Shown here piece by piece: positions 59,049 to 64,000 of a DNA stretch of 64,000 bases. The notes under the pieces were generated by a model. It was given only the letters and a program-made list of their open reading frames with translations. It was not told the origin of the DNA and did not search any database. Made by a program: the position numbers and the translations under genes. Each line of letters opens with the position of its first letter. The first letter of the stretch is position 1. Source of the DNA: Candidatus Latescibacterota bacterium. GTDB taxonomy: Bacteria; Latescibacterota; UBA2968; GCA-2709665. The stretch is from assembly GCA_965203805.1 (NCBI GenBank), contig OZ241917.1, positions 1,600,001 through 1,664,000 on the forward strand, given 5' to 3'.

Positions 59049-59410
59049 AGCGATGACCTCCAAAATCCGTACCGTCTCTTTTTTCCCGCAGAGCCCGCGG
59101 AGAACGCAGAGAACGGCCTCCCTTGATTCACGGCCGCTCATCATGATCGAGAAGCCGAGAACTATCAGGCTGAACCCAGCCAGCAGCAGGCCAAGCTCGG
59201 CTGTCGCCGTCAACTCAGGATCGTCCCAAGCAACAAGAGCAAAGTCAGAGAATGGACGATAAACGCTCTGGTTGCGAGAGCGCGCACGTTTAACCCGAGG
59301 ACCTCAACGACCCTCCCCGCTGTCATGAGGATGGAAGCAGTAGCGCAGGTAACGCCGCAACCAGAGCGGCACGGAGGTCATTCGCAGTCATTGGTTTCGA
59401 CTGGCATGGC

Positions 59411-59507
59411 TGCTAACGTTCCGCCGGTTTGCGAACCCCGACCTTGTCGAGGGGTTGCCGCAGGCCAAGCCGCCAGAGGCGGCGTAGCGCAAGTGGACGT
59501 GTTAGGT
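59411..59507 (-). repeat. attC-like site
   Basis: TGCTAACGTTCCGCCGGTTTGCGAACC..GGTTGCCG..GCGCAAGTGGACGTGTTAGGT. Confidence 0.9.
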
Positions 59508-59562
59508 GGCTGTGCCAGCCGGGGGTGGGGGGCATTGCCACGGACGGCAATGCCGCTGTCTT

Positions 59563-59736
59563 TCAGGTTGAATCTACAGGTTCAACTCGCTTAGGGGGAA
59601 GGGAAGTGAACTGCCTTCCACTCGCTTTTTCTTGCTCTTTTAGATCCTCATATATAGCCTGTAGATCATAGTTAAATTTCTTCGCATGTGCTTCGCGGAT
59701 CCTCCTGACTTCGTCTACAATCGGATCTTTCCACAT
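59563..59736 (-). CDS. small putative antitoxin
   Basis: MWKDPIVDEVRRIRE..FNYDL, typical partner downstream of this PIN family. Confidence 0.75.
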   Translation of the reverse strand: MWKDPIVDEVRRIREAHAKKFNYDLQAIYEDLKEQEKASGRQFTSLPPKRVEPVDST

Positions 59737-59740
59737 ATCA

Positions 59741-60214
59741 TTATTCCTCCAACAATTCTTCAGGTGTACAGATGACCGTTGGTTCATACCCGTTGGCCCG
59801 ACAGATCTGCTCGATTTTGCTCCGCATGGCGGCATTAGCCATATGACTGCAATTCCACGTCAGCAGATAATCCATGCCGTTGATTACAGCCACTGCGATA
59901 TGGATCGCATCTTCGGTAGCGTGCTGAGGAAGAGGACCTTTCTCTACCAGCTCTTTGGCAAGAGATAGGGCCTCTTCGGTTACTCCCAGCAATTCAACTG
60001 TTTCCAATGCTGCCAATCGTCTCCGACTCATCTCTTGGTCTCCTGCCTTCGCCTCATCCCAAACAAGCTGAGAAGCGAAAAGATCAAAGTCCTCCTTCCG
60101 CGTACTCCACCACTCATCCGTAATTTGTTGGTGTGCAGCAACGATCAGATCGCGACTCGGACGAGATGTCAGATAACTTATGAACGTCGTTTCAATATAG
60201 GCTTTGGGCTTCAT
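59741..60214 (-). CDS. PIN-domain (VapC-like) toxin
   Basis: YIETTFISYL, DAIHIAVA, LLTWNCSH. Confidence 0.9.
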   Translation of the reverse strand: MKPKAYIETTFISYLTSRPSRDLIVAAHQQITDEWWSTRKEDFDLFASQLVWDEAKAGDQEMSRRRLAALETVELLGVTEEALSLAKELVEKGPLPQHATEDAIHIAVAVINGMDYLLTWNCSHMANAAMRSKIEQICRANGYEPTVICTPEELLEE

Positions 60215-60326
60215 TTTGTATCCTCTGTCAACCGGCCTGTTGGACTCTGCATCGGGCCACCCCTATAATTCGCTTTTGCGTCGCCTTCATGTAACGGTCG
60301 GCGCACTCGCCAATTTCCTATCAGTT

Positions 60327-61301
60327 TCATTCCTCCCACGGCAGGAAACAGACTTTGACGGCCTGAAGGTTCTCCAACAGGTTGACGCCTTCAGCGTAGC
60401 GTTCGAGCGGCAGCTTGTGCGTGACGAGCGCGGCCAAGTCGAGCTTGCCGCGGCGGATGAGGTCGAGCGCATACTCGGCCGATTCGCGCGAGTGGCCCTT
60501 GTACCCGCACAGCCGCAGCCCGCGGTAATGCTGCGGGCTGAACGTGTAGTCTTCGCGCTGCACGCCGAACAGGGCCAGGGCGTCCTGAGTCCGGTCCATG
60601 AGGAACTCCACCGACGCCTTGGCGCCGACGCAGTCCACGGCCGACTCGAGTTTTGGCCATTCCGGCCGCGCCGGGAATTTCCCCGACAAGTCGGCCCGCG
60701 GGTCGTAGCAACCGGCCGCGCCGAGACGCTCGGCCATGGCGCGGCGGTCGGATACGAAGTCGAACCCGTACACTTCCCTGGCGCCCTCGGCTCTGGCCAT
60801 CTGCAGCGCCACCAGCCCGGCCCCGCCCAGGCCGCAGACGCCGAAACAACGGCCCAGGATTGCGTCCATATCGCGCAGCATCCGGAAGCAGGCGCCTACG
60901 CACATAGCAAGCTCGAGCGGCGCCAGCGCCTCGTCGGGCAATTCTCCGGGGACGCGTATTACTCTTGCCGCGTCAATCGCGACGTATTGCGCATAGCAAC
61001 CCTGATGCCCCTCGCCGGTATCGCGCCAGGCGCACACGCGGTCGCCTGCCTTCAAACCAGCCACACCTTCGCCAACAGCCTCGATGCGGCCTACGGCTTC
61101 GTGGCCGGGCTTGCCCGGCGTGAAGGGGTAGTGGAATGCGTGGCCGACAAACATCGGTTCGTTGTGACGCATGTGCAGGTCCCACTGCGGGCAAGTCGTG
61201 ACCGCCGTGATACGCATCAGCACCTCGTCCGGACCGGGCTCGGGAACGGGGACGTCGAGAATCTCGAACTCGCGCGGCGATGTGACCTGCAGGATCTTCA
61301 T
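60327..61301 (-). CDS. zinc-binding alcohol dehydrogenase family protein
   Basis: TTCPQWD, PGHEAVG, GLGGAG. Confidence 0.9.
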   Translation of the reverse strand: MKILQVTSPREFEILDVPVPEPGPDEVLMRITAVTTCPQWDLHMRHNEPMFVGHAFHYPFTPGKPGHEAVGRIEAVGEGVAGLKAGDRVCAWRDTGEGHQGCYAQYVAIDAARVIRVPGELPDEALAPLELAMCVGACFRMLRDMDAILGRCFGVCGLGGAGLVALQMARAEGAREVYGFDFVSDRRAMAERLGAAGCYDPRADLSGKFPARPEWPKLESAVDCVGAKASVEFLMDRTQDALALFGVQREDYTFSPQHYRGLRLCGYKGHSRESAEYALDLIRRGKLDLAALVTHKLPLERYAEGVNLLENLQAVKVCFLPWEE

Positions 61302-61353
61302 TGTCCGCGCTCCCTGCATGCCCGTGAAGTAGCAGAAGGCTTCATCATTCCGC

Positions 61354-62301
61354 CTATCTTACGTGGCGCTGAATTCGTCCGAAGCGTTCGCGCAGCTTCT
61401 CCACCCGCGGTGTATCGAGGTACGGCGGGTCAACCACCATCAGGTTCTCGCGAAACCGTTCCGGCCTGCGCGTCCCGACACAGCAAGTACTCACGTCCTG
61501 TGCGAGCACGAAGCGCAGCGCCGCCGCGGGCACACTGTAGGGCTTCAGGAAATCAAACAGGTCCGGATCGGTGTACGGCGGCTGGGACGGAAGATAGCCG
61601 GCCGCGACATGCCGCCGCACGCACTCAAGCGCCGCCGGCACACTGACCAGACCGGACTCCTGGTTCGCCTGGTTCAGCGGCATCATCACCGCCGTGCCGA
61701 CATCGTGCCGCGCACACAGCGGCAGCACCGATTCCACCGCGTTTTGCAGTAGAAAATTGATCGTGAGCATGATCACGTCCAGGGCGCCGGTAGGAACCGC
61801 GCGCTTCAGGATCTCGTGTGCTCCGTCAACCGTGGAGAGCTCGCTGATACCGATGAAACGGACCTTGCCCTGCTCACGCAGCCTGGCCATGGCCTCGTAA
61901 CAGCCATCGTTCATAAAACGGTCCAGAGAGTCGAGCGTGCGTATGCCGTGGCCGAGAAGAATATCAAGACGATCACGGCGCAAGCGGCGCAGGCTCTCCT
62001 CGGCTGAGGAGGTCAATGCCGCCGCTGAACCCGTGTATGCCGCATCGCCGCCCCAACCATCGTAAGGCTGATACTTGGTCTCTACTATGATATGGTCGTG
62101 GCCCCGCAACGCTTCGCCCAGTGCGCTCTCGCTGTCACCGTTGCCGTAGTCCGCGGCGGTGTCGACGAAGTTGACGCCGCTCTCGATTGCTGCGTGTACG
62201 GTGGCAATGAACTTCGCCCGGTCCTGCGACGCGCCCCGTGCTGCACCGTAACTGAGTTCCGAGACCTGCAGTTCTGTTCTTCCCAGGCGCCGATACCGCA
62301 T
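61354..62301 (-). CDS. aldo/keto reductase
   Basis: MRYRRLGRT, FVDTAADYG..SE, SLRRL. Confidence 0.92.
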   Translation of the reverse strand: MRYRRLGRTELQVSELSYGAARGASQDRAKFIATVHAAIESGVNFVDTAADYGNGDSESALGEALRGHDHIIVETKYQPYDGWGGDAAYTGSAAALTSSAEESLRRLRRDRLDILLGHGIRTLDSLDRFMNDGCYEAMARLREQGKVRFIGISELSTVDGAHEILKRAVPTGALDVIMLTINFLLQNAVESVLPLCARHDVGTAVMMPLNQANQESGLVSVPAALECVRRHVAAGYLPSQPPYTDPDLFDFLKPYSVPAAALRFVLAQDVSTCCVGTRRPERFRENLMVVDPPYLDTPRVEKLRERFGRIQRHVR

Positions 62302-62339
62302 GATCAGTTCCTCTGTTCCGCCGTCACTGCTGCTGAGCT

Positions 62340-62831
62340 CCCTCCGGGACAAGACACTAGCTGCGGTTTGACCAAATGCTGCCGCGCCCCTCTCTCCAGG
62401 AACGCCGGTTTCATCATCCTAACCGCTATACGCCGGTCCATCGACGCTTGCCGGGCCGAGTAGACAACCCCCCATCCCGCATTCGCCAAGTGCATCCAGC
62501 AGCTCGTAGTCGGCTTCGCCCCGGTCGTCCCCCGAGGGTCTGATGAATGACCGGGAGCAATGTACGGCCCCCGACTGCCGCGCACTTTCTGGGACGGCAT
62601 CTTGATGGTCGTCCCGGTGAGGATCGTCGGTGGAACAAGAGATGACCAGAGACTGTCTACTCGGTCTCGGATCGAGCTGGCGTCTACCACGCCGGACATC
62701 GGTACGTCGGGCAGTGTGTCCTCCCTGTCTGAACGGTCGTCAGTGGGCACCTCACTTCGTCCTGACAAGCCTGTCACTGGTGCTTCGTCCCGCGTCCCGC
62801 GAACTTTCTCCTGTTTAGTTTCTTCGCACAA
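62340..62831 (-). pseudogene. 5' relic of a Ser/Thr protein kinase
   Basis: DYELLDALGECGM(fs)GVVYSARQASMDRRIAVR: kinase subdomains I-II, frameshifted and truncated. Confidence 0.65.
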
Positions 62832-63000
62832 CTATTGCCTATACGGAAAAATCGCGGGATATCTCAGTCGTGGTCGCAGAAACTCCACACATCGAATTCG
62901 CAATGTGAAATATCCAACACGTAACAGAATTAAGAAAAAGTGTACGAAATTTGCCTGGCGGCCAGGACGGCCGCCGGTTTTGTCTTGGGCGCGTGCTTTC

Positions 63001-63087
63001 CGTTAACGTCTTAGCGCTTGCGACAGGCGCGTAGCGCCTGTGGGTTGGGTAGTGGTGAGGGGTGAGTTCGCAAGCGCGTTGTTACCT
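63001..63087 (-). repeat. attC-like site
   Basis: CGTTAACGT..GCGCTTGCGA..TCGCAAGCGC..GTTACCT. Confidence 0.8.
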
Positions 63088-63136
63088 GCTGTTGGACCCC
63101 AAGGCGGAGGCAGGAAGCCGACGCCGCGCTTGTCAG

Positions 63137-63343
63137 CTATTCAGACCCACCCTGAGATCTGGCATAATCTCTCTCAACAGCTTCGCCGATCGACCAGAAT
63201 CTGTTTGTCTTTATTTCGTCGATGGCCTTCATATACAGGAGCGGATTACAAACTGGATCACGACACGTTACGCCCACCGGTTTTCCATCCGCATCGGCCC
63301 AACCCTTTACGGCGACGATCTGAGCTTTCTTTACTTCGACTAG
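63137..63343 (-). pseudogene. 3' fragment of a cassette gene interrupted by IS630
   Basis: Open minus frame LVEVKKAQIVAV..NPLLY..FWSIG..* starting at the IS end. Confidence 0.5.
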
Positions 63344-64000
63344 TACCCAATGACGGCTAAAGAGCCTCGTGGTCTGGATACAGTTTTTTCAGTTTGATGC
63401 GAGCATCGTTGGTCGTGAACCGCCAATTGACAGCCTTGCTTTTGTTGTTGCGGTCGTTTGTCCAGGCGGAGACCTGCTCTTTGAGGGATTCGATATCGGG
63501 GATGCGTTCCTTCAAGCATTGGTTGCTCAAGACGCTCATTTCGATCTCGGCAATGTTGAGCCCTGCCTGCGGCAGGCAGGCGGGCGTGTGCGTGTTGAGG
63601 TTATCACACACCAACACGACGGTTTCAGCTTTTGGGTAGTCCGTATTCAGGAGATCCTTGATCTCCTGGGCCCAGTCCACTGCGGTCTTGCGTTGTCTTA
63701 CACACACCTTGCGCCAGCCCGAAAGCGGTTCGGTGAACATGAAGTTCACGGCGGTTCCGTTCCGTTCATACTCGTAGTCGTAGCGTTCAGGTTGGCCCCG
63801 ACGTGTTGTGAGGGGAACACGCGTCTCCTTGACCAACTGCACCGGGTGTTCGTCCATATTGACCACGGGCCTCAAGGCGTCGTAGGGCCGCTGATAGACG
63901 TCCAAAATATCCTCCATCGCGGCGACAAACGCGGCGTTCTGCTTGGGCGGAATCACCCAGCACCTTCTCAGGTGAGGCTTAAGTTGGTTTTTTTAGCGTC
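63341..64000 (-). mobile_element. IS630-family element (partial; internally deleted transposase at 63357-63956)
   Basis: MDE..QL, DYEYERNGT, DNLNTH, LNIAEIE, WRFTT.DAR.KL; CTAG at end; A7 run before NQLKPH. Confidence 0.92.
63562..63580. repeat. palindrome CCTGCCTGCGGCAGGCAGG at the transposase deletion point
   Basis: Encodes CLPQAG in place of the usual ~30 residues before LNxAE. Confidence 0.75.

Noticed and set aside
1392-63087. CRISPR array interpretation of the recurring repeats
   Set aside because: Repeats are degenerate, 50-150 bp, separated by whole genes, and no cas genes are present
1-64000. Integron integrase, attI, tRNA or rRNA genes
   Set aside because: None recognisable in the sequence or ORF track

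Overview
The window is almost entirely one long integron-like gene-cassette array. About 50 genes lie on the minus strand, with only higBA and one ankyrin gene on plus. They are punctuated by roughly 25 intact or eroded attC-like imperfect palindromes (plus-strand pattern ..YTAAC-GTT..GCC..TTGCGAAC..GGTTGCCG..GCGCAA..GTGTTA..). No integrase gene is present, so this is a CALIN or part of a larger chromosomal integron. Cargo is dominated by small-molecule modifying or house-cleaning enzymes (APH-like kinases, nucleotidyltransferases, SAM methyltransferases, GNAT, NUDIX, HAD). It also includes two ECF-sigma fusion proteins, kelch, ankyrin, LamG and glycosidase-like proteins, a divergent purC, three TA modules and a TIR-like gene. 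The mix is reminiscent of Latescibacterota/Poribacteria-type genomes, which is an inference only. Most striking: (1) about 11 cassettes carry their own 10-21 bp terminal inverted repeats extending well beyond the 7-bp core, and many of the mismatches are G-T wobbles on the plus strand; (2) a short CCTGCCTGC..GCAGGCAGG palindrome is inserted into an ORF-less group II intron and also replaces about 30 codons of an IS630 transposase; (3) the ORF-less group IIB-type intron has EBS1/EBS2 matching its insertion site 40 bp from an attC. Two MITEs, REP-like inserts in attC loops, a chimeric gene, duplicated cassettes and several pseudogenes show ongoing turnover. All assignments are from manual motif reading; no searches were run.
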